Of a DNA stretch of 64,000 bases, positions 25,404-36,169 are shown piece by piece. Location of the stretch: positions 2,467-66,466 of the forward strand of contig JAHIDZ010000021.1 of the NCBI GenBank assembly GCA_018901755.1, written 5' to 3'. This DNA is from Nanobdellota archaeon (GTDB lineage: Archaea > Aenigmatarchaeota > Aenigmatarchaeia > Aenigmatarchaeales > Aenigmatarchaeaceae). Positions within the stretch are counted from its first letter, which is position 1, and the number at the start of each line of letters is the position of its first letter. The notes under the pieces were generated by a model, which saw only the letters and a program-made list of their open reading frames with translations, was not told the DNA's origin and made no database searches. A program made the position numbers and the translations under genes.

Positions 25404-26068
25404 TTCTTCACCTCAAATAAAATAACTACTCCTGTTGACAAATCTAAAATATCAATTGCTTTATTTGCAACTCTTCCTAAAGGATAACCAAGTTTTACAT
25501 AAGGCATATGCATTAATTTCTTCATCTTAACAATTTTCAATTTATGTTTTCTAACAATTATATCGATTTTAGCATTATCAAAATAATGAATATGACCACT
25601 CTTGTGGTATTTCTTTAAACAATGTGGACATACTTCCATTACAACTTTTTCTTTGTATGGAACAGTTATCAAAATATATTTACTTGCAACTCTTCTCAGC
25701 TCTTTCATTGCCCTGTTTAAATCTGGTATATGTTCTAATGTTTCAGAGAAAATAACAACATCAAATTGATTGTCTTTAAATCTGCTTTTCATTATGTCAT
25801 CAGTAACAAAATAATTTCCATAATCTTTCTTAGCAATCTTAATCATTTTACTTGATAAATCAGAACCAATTGTCACAAATCCTCTTTTTCTAATTTCATT
25901 GACCATATAACCAGAACCAGTACCTGCGTCAAGAATCCTATAATATTTAGGAAGATTTCTAATCATTGGCCAAATAAAATATTTGAAACGTATATGAATA
26001 TCGCTGTGCGATTTTTCATTCTTTCTAAAATCTGCATCTTTTTCATAATATGATTTTAGATTTTTCAT
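25400..26068 (-). CDS. Class I SAM-dependent methyltransferase
   Basis: Motif I ILDAGTGSGYM, followed by VVIFSETLEHIPD. Confidence 0.75.
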   Translation of the reverse strand: MKNLKSYYEKDADFRKNEKSHSDIHIRFKYFIWPMIRNLPKYYRILDAGTGSGYMVNEIRKRGFVTIGSDLSSKMIKIAKKDYGNYFVTDDIMKSRFKDNQFDVVIFSETLEHIPDLNRAMKELRRVASKYILITVPYKEKVVMEVCPHCLKKYHKSGHIHYFDNAKIDIIVRKHKLKIVKMKKLMHMPYVKLGYPLGRVANKAIDILDLSTGVVILFEVKK

Positions 26069-26278
26069 TTATTCGTCACCTAATTTAAAAAGTTTTATAA
26101 AGACGATTATACAAATAGATAAAAATATTATCATGGCAATTGATACTATGATTACACTATATAGTCTTGTTGTAAAATCTAAGTTGTTTGGTATTATATC
26201 TATAAAACTTGATGCAATCGCGCCAAGTACGGCTGATAAAACTAACATTATTGTTAACTTTACCTCTTTGGCTTTCAT
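26069..26278 (-). CDS. Small two-helix membrane protein
   Basis: 69-aa ORF, tightly packed between operon neighbours (4-nt overlap upstream, abutting downstream). Two hydrophobic stretches. Confidence 0.5.
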   Translation of the reverse strand: MKAKEVKLTIMLVLSAVLGAIASSFIDIIPNNLDFTTRLYSVIIVSIAMIIFLSICIIVFIKLFKLGDE

Positions 26279-27720
26279 TTCGTTCTCCTTTTTATCAAAT
26301 ACTTCAAATAATCTGTTCCGGCTTTCCCAAGTCTTTTCATTTCTGAAGCGCTCATATTATGTTTAATCGTGTGAGCAATATGTTTCGGTGAAGTATAATA
26401 TCTTATCATTAAACGATCTTTTAATTTACAAATTTCTTCCTTAGTCAAATCAGGATAACTAACTATACAATCAAGCTGACCATTCTTATCTAACCATTCA
26501 TCCCAATCCTTAGCTGTAATGTATTTGTTCATTTTACACCAATTATAAAATTCTGTTCCAGGAAATGGTACAGCCTGTTGGAAAAATACCATATCTGGTC
26601 TAAGTCTTTTAGCAAAAGTAAATGTTTCTTCTATTGTCTCTTTCGTCTCACCGGGTAATCCTATCATGAAACATCCGAATATCTTTAATCCAGCCCGTTT
26701 AGCATCTGCTGTGAAATCTTCAGCCATCTGAATTGTTATTCCTTTCTTTATTGTATTCAGTATTCCCTGGTTTCCAGACTCATAGCCTACGATAACCATT
26801 CTACATCCGGCTTCTTTCATTTTAACAAGAACATCATAAGGTATATCAGCACGTGCATTGCATGACCAATTTAATTTCATATCATACTGTGTTATCAAAT
26901 CGCAAATTCTCATAACTCTTGCTTTGTCTACCGTGAATGTATCATCTTCAATAAATATTTCTTTAACTTTCAAATTCTTGTAAATCCAAGCTAGCTCTTT
27001 TACAAAATCTTCAGCTGAACGTGGTCTAAATGCACGGCCCATTAAAACCTGAGGATATAAGCAGAATGTACACATATTTGGACAGCCTCTACTGCTTAAA
27101 ACCTGAATCATTGGATGCATCGCTAAAGAATATCGATAATCTTCTATTCGCAAAAAACGTTTGTATATTTCTGAAACCATAGGTATGTCGTCTAAATTCT
27201 TTATCATTTCTCGATTCTTATTTGAAGTTATTTTATCTCCTTCTCTCCAAACAAGTCCGTCTACTTGACTTGGTCTCTTTAATCCGTCTAATACTTTTGC
27301 CAGATCAACTATCGTATAATCATATTCGTGCTTAGCAATAAAATCTATCGCCTTAGACATTTTCATAGTTTCGTCAGGTAATGCTGATGGGTGAGTTCCA
27401 ACTAAAACTGTTTTAACTCTTGGATTATCATTTTTATATCTTTCTATAAAAGAAACATCACTCTTTATGCTAGGAGTTGAAGATTCGCAAACCAATATAT
27501 CTGGTTTAAAATTATCAATAAGAGCTATAGTCATATCAAAATCTAAATTACGAGCAATAGCATCAATTAAGAATATTTCATGTCCATTCTTTTCAGCAAC
27601 GCCTGCTGCATAACACAAGAAAATGGGATAATAAATTGTTCCTGACTTGGTCTTTTCAACCCAACGGCTGGCTCTGCTTATTGTAAATTTAAACGGTGGA
27701 TTTACGAACGCGATTCTCAT
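26275..27720 (-). CDS. Cobalamin-binding-domain radical SAM enzyme (class B), paralogue 2
   Basis: 481 aa. CX3CX2C is SSRGCPNMCTFCLYP. The N-terminal B12-domain-like region is ILVCESSTPS..VLVGTHPS. Confidence 0.8.
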   Translation of the reverse strand: MRIAFVNPPFKFTISRASRWVEKTKSGTIYYPIFLCYAAGVAEKNGHEIFLIDAIARNLDFDMTIALIDNFKPDILVCESSTPSIKSDVSFIERYKNDNPRVKTVLVGTHPSALPDETMKMSKAIDFIAKHEYDYTIVDLAKVLDGLKRPSQVDGLVWREGDKITSNKNREMIKNLDDIPMVSEIYKRFLRIEDYRYSLAMHPMIQVLSSRGCPNMCTFCLYPQVLMGRAFRPRSAEDFVKELAWIYKNLKVKEIFIEDDTFTVDKARVMRICDLITQYDMKLNWSCNARADIPYDVLVKMKEAGCRMVIVGYESGNQGILNTIKKGITIQMAEDFTADAKRAGLKIFGCFMIGLPGETKETIEETFTFAKRLRPDMVFFQQAVPFPGTEFYNWCKMNKYITAKDWDEWLDKNGQLDCIVSYPDLTKEEICKLKDRLMIRYYTSPKHIAHTIKHNMSASEMKRLGKAGTDYLKYLIKRRTK

Positions 27721-27793
27721 AATATATCATTATGTATTGCTATTTTTAAAGTTTAAATAACAAAAGTCTACTTAATTAATTAAGGTATCTTAT

Positions 27794-29326
27794 ATGAAAA
27801 TCAACAAAGATTATATTGCAATCGGAATGATACTTTTAGTCTTCGTCCTTTTCTTGAACACTACATTAAAATCCCCAATAGTATTTGGTGATGAAGGATA
27901 CTATTCATATCAAGCAAAATGGATAGCTGACAACGGTATACTTCCGATATATGAAACTTTCAAAGAAACAGACGTATTTCATCCAACAATGAACCGTCCG
28001 CCTTTATTCATTATAACAGAATCATTCTTTTTCATGTTCGGTGAAACTGCTGTAAAATTCATGATACCAATATTCTCAATACTTACTGCATTCATGCTGT
28101 ATATTTTCCTAAAGAAAACCGTTAACGAAAAGGCAGGACTTGTAGCATCTTTAATCTTTTTAGCGGCACCATCTCTAGTAACGTACGCTGTATTAACATA
28201 TGTAGATACAATGTTTTGTCTGCTAGTACTATGTTCATTATATTTCGGCTACCTGGCGCTAGAGCATGATAAAAAGAAAGATACAATTCTTTCTGGTATA
28301 TTTTTCGGTTTAGCTACATTAACTAAAATCACAGCACCAATAATTTTCTTAGCTCTTGGTTTATACTTCTTATATTCAAAATATTACAAAAATGTTAATA
28401 AATGGAAAATCTTAATACTTATCGGAGTTATAGCTGTTCTAGTTGTATCGCCGTGGTTAGTAAGAAATATGATTCTATACAAAGATGTATGCTACGGGCT
28501 TAGTGGATGCCCAGCGGTTGAAGACGTACCAATAGAATATTCAAAAGATTTGCTCAATCAATATGCAAGAACTAGCGGTAGTGGAACTGAAAGCAGTCTT
28601 ATAAAACTCGGAGCTCTTGCATATACTCAATTTGCTTACGGATGGATAATGATATTCTTAGCTTTATTCGGAATAGTCTACGCGATAAAAGATAAGAAAA
28701 AGCCAGAAATGTTAATGATAATGCTGATGATTGCAGTAATTCCGATATTCGTGTTTTATTCGACAAGAGTAGAAGATGCCGCGCGTTATACATTACCAGT
28801 AATAATTGGAATGGCGGCGCTTGGTGGAATATTCTTATCTAAAGCATATGATCAAATAAGAACAAAAAGTTTTATGATTGCAATAATAGTAATACTTTTA
28901 ATTTTACCAGGTGTTTGGTATTTCGGCCAAGATAAATTAAACACAATGCAAAATGTTAAAGCATTCTCAACAGGATTCTTTGATGGATGCAATTGGGTAG
29001 AAGCTAACACACCTAGCGATTCATTACTTTTATCAATATATGCACAGCAAACTGCATACAACTGCAATCGTCGCGTATCAACAGCAATTCCAGACTTCGC
29101 TGAAATAACAATGAACAATAACGAAACATCATACCAACATCTAAAACTTCATGGTTATGATTATGTTTTTGTTCAAGTTAGTTTAATATCTCAAACTCCT
29201 TATCTAGAAAGCATTCCTATAGCATTCTATCAGTATATGGAATCATCATCACACTTTGTTAAAGTTTATGACAATACGGCAACATTTGGAAACGATGGTG
29301 TCCTAATCTACGAAGTGAAGTATTGA
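27794..29326 (+). CDS. GT-C membrane glycosyltransferase, family 39 (ArnT/PMT-like)
   Basis: 510 aa with about 10+ hydrophobic helices. The first-loop acidic motif is FGDEGYYSY. Confidence 0.7.
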   Translation: MKINKDYIAIGMILLVFVLFLNTTLKSPIVFGDEGYYSYQAKWIADNGILPIYETFKETDVFHPTMNRPPLFIITESFFFMFGETAVKFMIPIFSILTAFMLYIFLKKTVNEKAGLVASLIFLAAPSLVTYAVLTYVDTMFCLLVLCSLYFGYLALEHDKKKDTILSGIFFGLATLTKITAPIIFLALGLYFLYSKYYKNVNKWKILILIGVIAVLVVSPWLVRNMILYKDVCYGLSGCPAVEDVPIEYSKDLLNQYARTSGSGTESSLIKLGALAYTQFAYGWIMIFLALFGIVYAIKDKKKPEMLMIMLMIAVIPIFVFYSTRVEDAARYTLPVIIGMAALGGIFLSKAYDQIRTKSFMIAIIVILLILPGVWYFGQDKLNTMQNVKAFSTGFFDGCNWVEANTPSDSLLLSIYAQQTAYNCNRRVSTAIPDFAEITMNNNETSYQHLKLHGYDYVFVQVSLISQTPYLESIPIAFYQYMESSSHFVKVYDNTATFGNDGVLIYEVKY

Positions 29327-29372
29327 TGCATTAACATTAAAAACCTATTCATAGAAGTTATATTGTGATATA

Positions 29373-30407
29373 ATGAACGAATTGATTATTGGATTGTTAT
29401 GCATTGTATTTGCATTTGTATCAAATTTTTGGTTAACAAAAGCTTGGATTAGAGTATGCAAATTTTCTAACTATATGGTAAAAGACATTAACAAATATGA
29501 AAAGCCTCTAGTTCCACTATCAGGTGGTGTTCCACTAATAATGAGTTTCATAGCATCAACTACCTTATATCTTTTCTTCAAAGTATTTTATCTTGGAACA
29601 GAAACTAGTCTAATATTTCTTCTTGCACTAATGTTAACAAGCGTAATGGCTGGATTCGTTGGTTTTTTAGATGATTTTGTAATTAAGAAAAATGTAGAAT
29701 CAATCGGCTTGAGAAAATGGCAAAAACCACTATTAACATTAATATTTGCACTACCATTAGCAGCAGTAAATAGCGGAATGTCAACTATGATTTTTCCATT
29801 AATTGGAACTATAAACTTTGGGATTTTCTATCCAATTATACTAATACCATTAGCAATAATGTTCACTGCAAACGCATTCAACATAATGGCAGGATTCAAT
29901 GGATTAGAAGGTGGTATGGGCACTATTATTTTAACGACAATGGGAATTATATGCTATACAAATAATGTTCTTTGGTTATCTCTTATTTGTTTCATAGCTG
30001 TCGGAAGTCTTCTTGCTTATTTGATATTTAATTGGCATCCTGCTAGAATTTTCCCAGGAGATTCATTTACTTATACTGTCGGAGCATTAATTGGCGCAGT
30101 AGCGGTTCTAGGAAATATGGAAACTATTGCTGTAATCTTATTCATACCTTACTTCCTAGATTTCTTTTTACTAATTCGCCATCAGTGGCACGGAATAAAG
30201 AAACTGAGAGGTGCTCCAGTGATGGCATTTGGTATTCCTGATAAAAATAACAATCTTAGCATGCCTCACAAATATATTTACGATACATGTCATCTAGCAA
30301 TGTTCATAATTGGCAGATTCAAAAAAGTCCGAGAAACAGATGTTGTGTTGTTTATTTTAGGAATAGAAATAATTCTAGCATTAGTGTGTCTAATGCTGTT
30401 TGTGTGA
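29373..30407 (+). CDS. Polyprenyl-phosphate GlcNAc-1-phosphate transferase (MraY/WecA/AglH family)
   Basis: 344 aa and multi-TM. Motifs FLDDFV, NAFNIMAGFNGLEGG and ARIFPGDSFTY. Confidence 0.85.
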   Translation: MNELIIGLLCIVFAFVSNFWLTKAWIRVCKFSNYMVKDINKYEKPLVPLSGGVPLIMSFIASTTLYLFFKVFYLGTETSLIFLLALMLTSVMAGFVGFLDDFVIKKNVESIGLRKWQKPLLTLIFALPLAAVNSGMSTMIFPLIGTINFGIFYPIILIPLAIMFTANAFNIMAGFNGLEGGMGTIILTTMGIICYTNNVLWLSLICFIAVGSLLAYLIFNWHPARIFPGDSFTYTVGALIGAVAVLGNMETIAVILFIPYFLDFFLLIRHQWHGIKKLRGAPVMAFGIPDKNNNLSMPHKYIYDTCHLAMFIIGRFKKVRETDVVLFILGIEIILALVCLMLFV

Positions 30408-30411
30408 TAAG

Positions 30412-32223
30412 ATGTGTGGCATAGCTGGTTATTTTGGAGCGAATGATAAACAGCTGCTCAGGAACATGGCTAAAGCAATAAAACATCGCGGACCTGATGA
30501 TGGGGGATTCTTTTTTCATAAGAATGTTGGTTTAGCTAACAGGCGTCTTTCAATCATAGATATTAAAAGTGGCCATCAACCAATTGTTTGGAAAAATTTA
30601 TCAATTGTTTACAACGGTGAAATTTACAATTATCAAGACATACGAGCTGAACTAGAAGACAAATATGATTTTAAAACAAATTCTGATACAGAAGTCATAC
30701 TTTATGCATATCAAGAGTGGGGCCCAGATTGTGTCAAAAAATTTAACGGAATGTGGTCTTTTGCCATCTATGATAAAATAAAAAACATGTTATTTATCTC
30801 ACGGGACCGCCTTGGAATAAAACCATTATACTATTATTACGATGGAGAAAAAATTGTATTTGCTTCTGAAATTAAAGCTATTCTAGAAGATAAAACTATA
30901 CCAAGAATACCTAATGATGAAATTGTCTACGGGTATCTGCTTTACAATCTTCATGATCATTCTGAAAAAACATTTTTCAAAGGAATAAAATCTCTTCCAC
31001 CAGGCCATTCAATGGTTGTCAGAAAAAACAGCATGAAAATTATGAAATATTGGGGTATTGAAATTAAATCTATTAAAGATTCTGATGAAAAATATGCAAT
31101 AAACACGAGAGAATTGTTAGAAGATTCTATTAAACTGAGATTAATTAGTGAAGTTCCTATCGGAAGTTGCTTAAGTGGGGGTATTGATTCTACATCAATC
31201 GTATCACTAATAAACAATGTCATTAAATCTGGTGGCAATTATGATAATACAATTGGAGAACGACAAAAAACCTTCTCAGCTGTTTACAAAAATAATAAAA
31301 TAGATGAATCGAAGCATATTGAAAATGTCATATCATATACTGGAGCTGAAAAGAATTTCACTTATCCAACTGCAAAGGGGCTGTGGAAAGACATAAGAAA
31401 AATCGTATATCATCAAGATGAACCATTCATCGGACCGAGTATTTACGCGCAATGGGAAGTCATGAAACTTGCAAGCAAAAAAGTTAAAGTTGTTTTAGAT
31501 GGCCAAGGAAGTGACGAAATATTTGCAGGATACATGCCATATCACATTATACACATAATGAATCTAGTTAAGCACGGAAGAATATTGCGTGCTGGTCAAG
31601 AATTCATAAAAAGCGCTGATTTTATTGTTCCGTTTATTTTCAATAAAAGTGTTTTCAAAAAAAGAGATAAAACAATCAAAAGCATGTTAAATAATATTTT
31701 TGTTGATAAATATAACAATATTATTCAAAGCAAATGGAAAGTAAAAAATCTCAATGATTTGTTGTATTTAGAAGTTACAAAACAGAGTATTCCAAAACTA
31801 CTAAGATATGAAGATAGAAACTCTATGGCTTTCTCTGTAGAAGCTCGTGTTCCATTCCTAGACTACAGACTCGTTGAATATGCTTTTTCTATGCCAGAAA
31901 AACAAAAAATAAGAAAAGGTTGGACAAAATACGTCTTGAGAAATGCAATGAAAGGAATAATACCAGAGTCCGTTAGAAAAAGAAGAGATAAAATTGGATT
32001 TGATGTTCCTGAAAAAATATGGTTATTAGAATTAAAAAAACCAGTGAAACAATTATTTGCATCAAAATCATTCAGTGAAATAAAATACTTCGATCAAATT
32101 GAAGTATTAAAAATGTTTGATAAATTCTGTAAAGGAAAATTAGATGATAATTATGCAAGGGTATTCTGGAGAATTATAATACTAGCCATATGGCACGATA
32201 CGTTCATTAGAAAACTCACTTAG
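30412..32223 (+). CDS. Asparagine synthase (glutamine-hydrolysing) family amidotransferase
   Basis: The Ntn glutaminase needs Cys directly after the initiator Met, and MCGIAGYFG begins at ATG 30412. The track start at 30400 is a TTG extension. The PP-loop is SGGIDSTS. Confidence 0.85.
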   Translation: MCGIAGYFGANDKQLLRNMAKAIKHRGPDDGGFFFHKNVGLANRRLSIIDIKSGHQPIVWKNLSIVYNGEIYNYQDIRAELEDKYDFKTNSDTEVILYAYQEWGPDCVKKFNGMWSFAIYDKIKNMLFISRDRLGIKPLYYYYDGEKIVFASEIKAILEDKTIPRIPNDEIVYGYLLYNLHDHSEKTFFKGIKSLPPGHSMVVRKNSMKIMKYWGIEIKSIKDSDEKYAINTRELLEDSIKLRLISEVPIGSCLSGGIDSTSIVSLINNVIKSGGNYDNTIGERQKTFSAVYKNNKIDESKHIENVISYTGAEKNFTYPTAKGLWKDIRKIVYHQDEPFIGPSIYAQWEVMKLASKKVKVVLDGQGSDEIFAGYMPYHIIHIMNLVKHGRILRAGQEFIKSADFIVPFIFNKSVFKKRDKTIKSMLNNIFVDKYNNIIQSKWKVKNLNDLLYLEVTKQSIPKLLRYEDRNSMAFSVEARVPFLDYRLVEYAFSMPEKQKIRKGWTKYVLRNAMKGIIPESVRKRRDKIGFDVPEKIWLLELKKPVKQLFASKSFSEIKYFDQIEVLKMFDKFCKGKLDDNYARVFWRIIILAIWHDTFIRKLT

Positions 32224-34156
32224 CATTTTGTATTTCATCCAGTGCTGATAGATTTTCGATTGAAGATGTGTCACCTAAGTCATTTCCAAGATATTTTGCC
32301 CTAACAGCTCTACGAACTATTTTTGCGCTTCTTGTTTTAGGAAGCTGAGAAACAAATTTGACATCTTGTGGTTTAAGTGATTTGCCCATTACATTAATTA
32401 CTTGCTGTTTAAGTTCATCGCGAAGAGTTTCACTGGCAGAAAACTTTGGCTTTAATACAACAAAGCAAATGACATCTTCACCTTTTATTTCATGTGGCAC
32501 TCCTATTGCAGCTGCTTCTGATACACTTGGATTTTCAAGCAGCGCTGCTTCTATTTCAGCTGGACCAACTCTTCTTCCTGATATTTTTATTACATCATCA
32601 CTTCGTCCGTGCAAAAACCAAAATCCATCTTGATCAATGCTTGCCCAATCTCCGTGATACCAAATGCCTGGCCATCTAGACCAATATGTTTCAATATATC
32701 TCTGTTTATCTTTCCAAAAACCACGAGTCATTGATGGTGCCGGTTTCTTGGCAACAAGATGGCCCATCTGATCTCTAACTGGTTTTCCATTATCATCAAA
32801 GACATCAATGTCCATTGCAAGACCAGGTCCTCTAAGTGTTGTTGGCTTAAGTTCTGTTATTGGTAATGGCGAAAGGAAACATCCAACTATTTCTGTTCCA
32901 CCTGAGATGTTAATAATTGGAAGTTTTGATTTACCAACATTATTGAAAAACCAATTCCAAGATTCTGGATCCCATGGTTCACCAGTTGAACCAAGCAATC
33001 TTAAACTAGATAAATCATGATTAGCCACCCACTCATCGCCATATTTAATCAATAGACGAATTGCTGTTGGTGAAATTCCAAGCGTAGTTATTTTATGTTT
33101 GTCTATAAGTTCCCAGAGTTTGTCTGGTTTTGGATAATCTGGCGCACCATCAAATATAAAAATTGCTCCACCAAATGTCTGCACACCTATTATCATCCAC
33201 GGCCCCATCATCCAACCAATATCAGTTAACCAGAAGAAAACATCATTCTCTTTAACATCAAAAGCATAACCAAGTTCTTTTGCCAACTGTGATTGTGAAC
33301 CACCATGTGTGTGTACAGTTCCTTTTGGCTTTCCTGTTGTTCCTGATGAAAAAAGTATCATACAATTATCTTCGCTATCCATAACTTCTGTTTTACACTC
33401 GTCCGATTGATCTTTTACAAAATCATGCCACCAGATATCTCTTCCTTCTGTCCACGGTACATCCGCGCCAGTTCTTTTGTAAACAATAACATGTTCAAGA
33501 CTTGGAACTTTATCCAATCCTCCGTCTGCTTCTTTTTTTATCTGAATCGTCTTTCCTCTTCTGTATGTTCCATCTGCAGTTAGTAACACTTTAACACCGG
33601 CAATTTCTAATCTAGATGCTAGCGCAATAGAACCAAATCCGCTAAATATAGGAACAGCTATTGCTCCAATTTTAAGTATTGCTAAAAATCCTGCAACAAT
33701 TTCAGGAACCATTGGCATGTAAATCCCAACAGTGTCTCCTTTTCCAACACCAATGTTTCTAAGTGCGTTTGCTAATTTGTTTGTTTCTTTATACAATTCT
33801 AGATATGTTAATTTTTTACTATCTCCTTTCTCATCTTCCCATATGCAAGCGATATTATTTTTCTTAGATCCTTCAGCATGTCTATCAAGACAATTATGAA
33901 TTATGTTTAATTTACCACCGATAAACCATTTTGTCCATTCTATACCAGCAGAATCATCAAGAACTTTTGTATACGGTTTATACCATTCTATGTTAAGATC
34001 TTTCATGGCAGCATCCCAAAACCATTCAATATCATCTATAGAACGCTTTATCAAATCATCATAATCTTTTATTCCATGTTTATCCATAAATCGTTTAATA
34101 TTAGCTTCTTCGATATATTTTCCATAAGGTTTCCATACGATATCCATATTATTCAT
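32216..34156 (-). CDS. AMP-forming acetyl/acyl-CoA synthetase family ligase
   Basis: About 646 aa from ATG 34156 (the track start at 34171 is TTG). AMP-binding motif: FSSGTTGKPKG. Also FWLTDIGWMMGPW, the C-terminal ISGRRVGPAEIE and the lysine motif PKTRSAKIVRR. Confidence 0.8.
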   Translation of the reverse strand: MNNMDIVWKPYGKYIEEANIKRFMDKHGIKDYDDLIKRSIDDIEWFWDAAMKDLNIEWYKPYTKVLDDSAGIEWTKWFIGGKLNIIHNCLDRHAEGSKKNNIACIWEDEKGDSKKLTYLELYKETNKLANALRNIGVGKGDTVGIYMPMVPEIVAGFLAILKIGAIAVPIFSGFGSIALASRLEIAGVKVLLTADGTYRRGKTIQIKKEADGGLDKVPSLEHVIVYKRTGADVPWTEGRDIWWHDFVKDQSDECKTEVMDSEDNCMILFSSGTTGKPKGTVHTHGGSQSQLAKELGYAFDVKENDVFFWLTDIGWMMGPWMIIGVQTFGGAIFIFDGAPDYPKPDKLWELIDKHKITTLGISPTAIRLLIKYGDEWVANHDLSSLRLLGSTGEPWDPESWNWFFNNVGKSKLPIINISGGTEIVGCFLSPLPITELKPTTLRGPGLAMDIDVFDDNGKPVRDQMGHLVAKKPAPSMTRGFWKDKQRYIETYWSRWPGIWYHGDWASIDQDGFWFLHGRSDDVIKISGRRVGPAEIEAALLENPSVSEAAAIGVPHEIKGEDVICFVVLKPKFSASETLRDELKQQVINVMGKSLKPQDVKFVSQLPKTRSAKIVRRAVRAKYLGNDLGDTSSIENLSALDEIQNAK

Positions 34157-35084
34157 CACCTGCAATTTCAATTAACATCTTAGCCTGCTCCAATACTCTC
34201 AATCCGTCTTCTGCACTAACCAAAGGTGTTTTATCGTTCTCAACGCAATCAATAAAATGTTCTAACTCTGTTAACAATGGTTCTTTTTTCTGAACAGATA
34301 TTTTTGTTACTGTACTTTCAATTCCATCACTCTGATAAAAATTAATTTCTTGTGTTATGTAATCAGCTGTATACATTCCTTTCTCGCCTATTATCTGAAT
34401 ATTTCTTATCTTGATTGGTGTCAACCAATTTACATTCATGTTGCATATAGCACCATTACTTAATTTTAACACTGCGCATATCATATCTTCATGATTCTTA
34501 TGTATTTTCTTCGCTATTTCGGCATGAGCTCTAGTAATCTCAGCACCTGTTAAATATCTTATTATATCAAGATCATGAACTGCTAAATCTATAACAACGC
34601 CAACATCTCCTATTCTCTGCGGAAATGGACCCGATCTATTAACATCAATCTTAAAGATTTCCCCAAGTTCATTATTCTCAAGTCTCTTCTTTAATTCAAT
34701 AACAACTGGATTAAATCGTTCAATGTGACCTATCATTATCTTTATTCCATTGTTTCTTGCAAACTCTACCAGCTTCTTACCATCTTCTATTGTTGATGTG
34801 ATTGGTTTCTCTAAAAGAATATTTATTTTTTTATCAATTACATCGAAAGCGACCTGCTTATGATATTCTGTCGGAACTACAACAGATACAATATCAAGTT
34901 TTTCTTTACTTATCATTTCTTTATAATCAGTATAATATTTACATCCGTATTTTTCTGAAATCTCTTTAGCAAGAGCTTCATTCATATCAGATACTGCAAC
35001 CAAATTAACTTTGTCTGATTCGCTGTATATTCTTGCGTGATTTTTCCCCATTGAACCAATGCCGATTACAGCAACATTCAACAT
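34149..35084 (-). CDS. Gfo/Idh/MocA-family sugar-nucleotide oxidoreductase (WbpB/GnnA-like), copy 1
   Basis: [20 protein letters not shown] is the Rossmann start, with the EKP motif in LLEKPI. Confidence 0.75.
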   Translation of the reverse strand: MLNVAVIGIGSMGKNHARIYSESDKVNLVAVSDMNEALAKEISEKYGCKYYTDYKEMISKEKLDIVSVVVPTEYHKQVAFDVIDKKINILLEKPITSTIEDGKKLVEFARNNGIKIMIGHIERFNPVVIELKKRLENNELGEIFKIDVNRSGPFPQRIGDVGVVIDLAVHDLDIIRYLTGAEITRAHAEIAKKIHKNHEDMICAVLKLSNGAICNMNVNWLTPIKIRNIQIIGEKGMYTADYITQEINFYQSDGIESTVTKISVQKKEPLLTELEHFIDCVENDKTPLVSAEDGLRVLEQAKMLIEIAGDE

Positions 35085-36169
35085 TTGAAAACCTCTTCTA
35101 TTGTAGATACAATCTCATCTATATTTTCTTTAGAAACTCCAGGATGAACTGGAAGTGATAAAACTTGATTTGCTATTTTCTCTGCGACTGGAAAATCTCT
35201 TTCCTTATACCTAAATTTAGAAAATAATGGAAATAAATGAAGTGGTTTTGGATAAAATATTCCAAATCCAATTCCTTTTTTCTTGAATGCTTCAATTATT
35301 TTATCTCTATGGTCGGTTTTAATAGTATATTGATGAAAAACATGTTTTACATTAGGAACCACGTATGGTGTTGTTATTTCTTTAATGTTTTTTAACTTCT
35401 CTGTAAACATCTTCGCATTCTCTATTCTTTTTTCTGTAAATTCTTCTATTCTACCAATTTGTGCCAGAGCAATTGCTGCATGCAAATCACTCATTCTGTA
35501 ATTATATCCTAAACTATGATAGTTGTATCTAGCTTCCTCAGATTGTCCATGGTGTCTAAACTTTTTTAAATTGTCAGCATAGTCGGCATTATTTGTCGTA
35601 ACCATCCCACCTTCACCACATGTCATATTCTTTGTTGCATAAAGTGAGAAAGCTGATATGTCACCAAGTGCTCCTGATTTTATTCCATCAAAAGAAGCAT
35701 TAACAGACTGGCATGCATCCTCTACAATTTTTAAATTATGCTTATCAGCAATTTCCTTTATTGGTTTGTAATCATATGGTTGCCCAAATAAACTAACCGG
35801 CATTATAACTTTTGTCTTTTCAGTTATCTTTTCTTCTATTTTTTTAGGATCAATATTAAAAGTATTTTCATCTATGTCAACAAAAACTGGAATTGCGCCG
35901 AGCATCAAAATAGGACTGGCCGTTGCAATGAATGTAAATGGTGTTGTTATTACTTCGTCTCCTAGCCCAACTCCACATGCATTAAGGGCTGCATGTATTG
36001 CAGCTGTACCAGAATTAACAGCAACTGCATATTTCACATTACATAAAGATGCAAATTTTTCCTCAAGTAATTTTACTTTAGATCCTTGTGCAAGCATGCC
36101 TGAGTTTAAAACTTCATTAACTAGTTGTTTTTCGTTTTCACCTATCAACGGTTTTGCTATTGGTATCAT
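35078..36169 (-). CDS. DegT/DnrJ/EryC1/StrS-family sugar aminotransferase (WbpE/GnnB-like), copy 1
   Basis: 363 aa. [13 protein letters not shown].., with the PLP-lysine region [18 protein letters not shown]. Confidence 0.85.
   Translation of the reverse strand: MIPIAKPLIGENEKQLVNEVLNSGMLAQGSKVKLLEEKFASLCNVKYAVAVNSGTAAIHAALNACGVGLGDEVITTPFTFIATASPILMLGAIPVFVDIDENTFNIDPKKIEEKITEKTKVIMPVSLFGQPYDYKPIKEIADKHNLKIVEDACQSVNASFDGIKSGALGDISAFSLYATKNMTCGEGGMVTTNNADYADNLKKFRHHGQSEEARYNYHSLGYNYRMSDLHAAIALAQIGRIEEFTEKRIENAKMFTEKLKNIKEITTPYVVPNVKHVFHQYTIKTDHRDKIIEAFKKKGIGFGIFYPKPLHLFPLFSKFRYKERDFPVAEKIANQVLSLPVHPGVSKENIDEIVSTIEEVFKC

Noticed and set aside
27771-27784. Perfect 14-bp palindrome CTTAATTAATTAAG upstream of the GT39 gene as an operator
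   Set aside because: It is composed almost entirely of A/T in a very AT-rich genome, where such palindromes arise by chance. It may simply be the TATA region. The same caution applies to CGCAAATTTGCG at 41400-41411.
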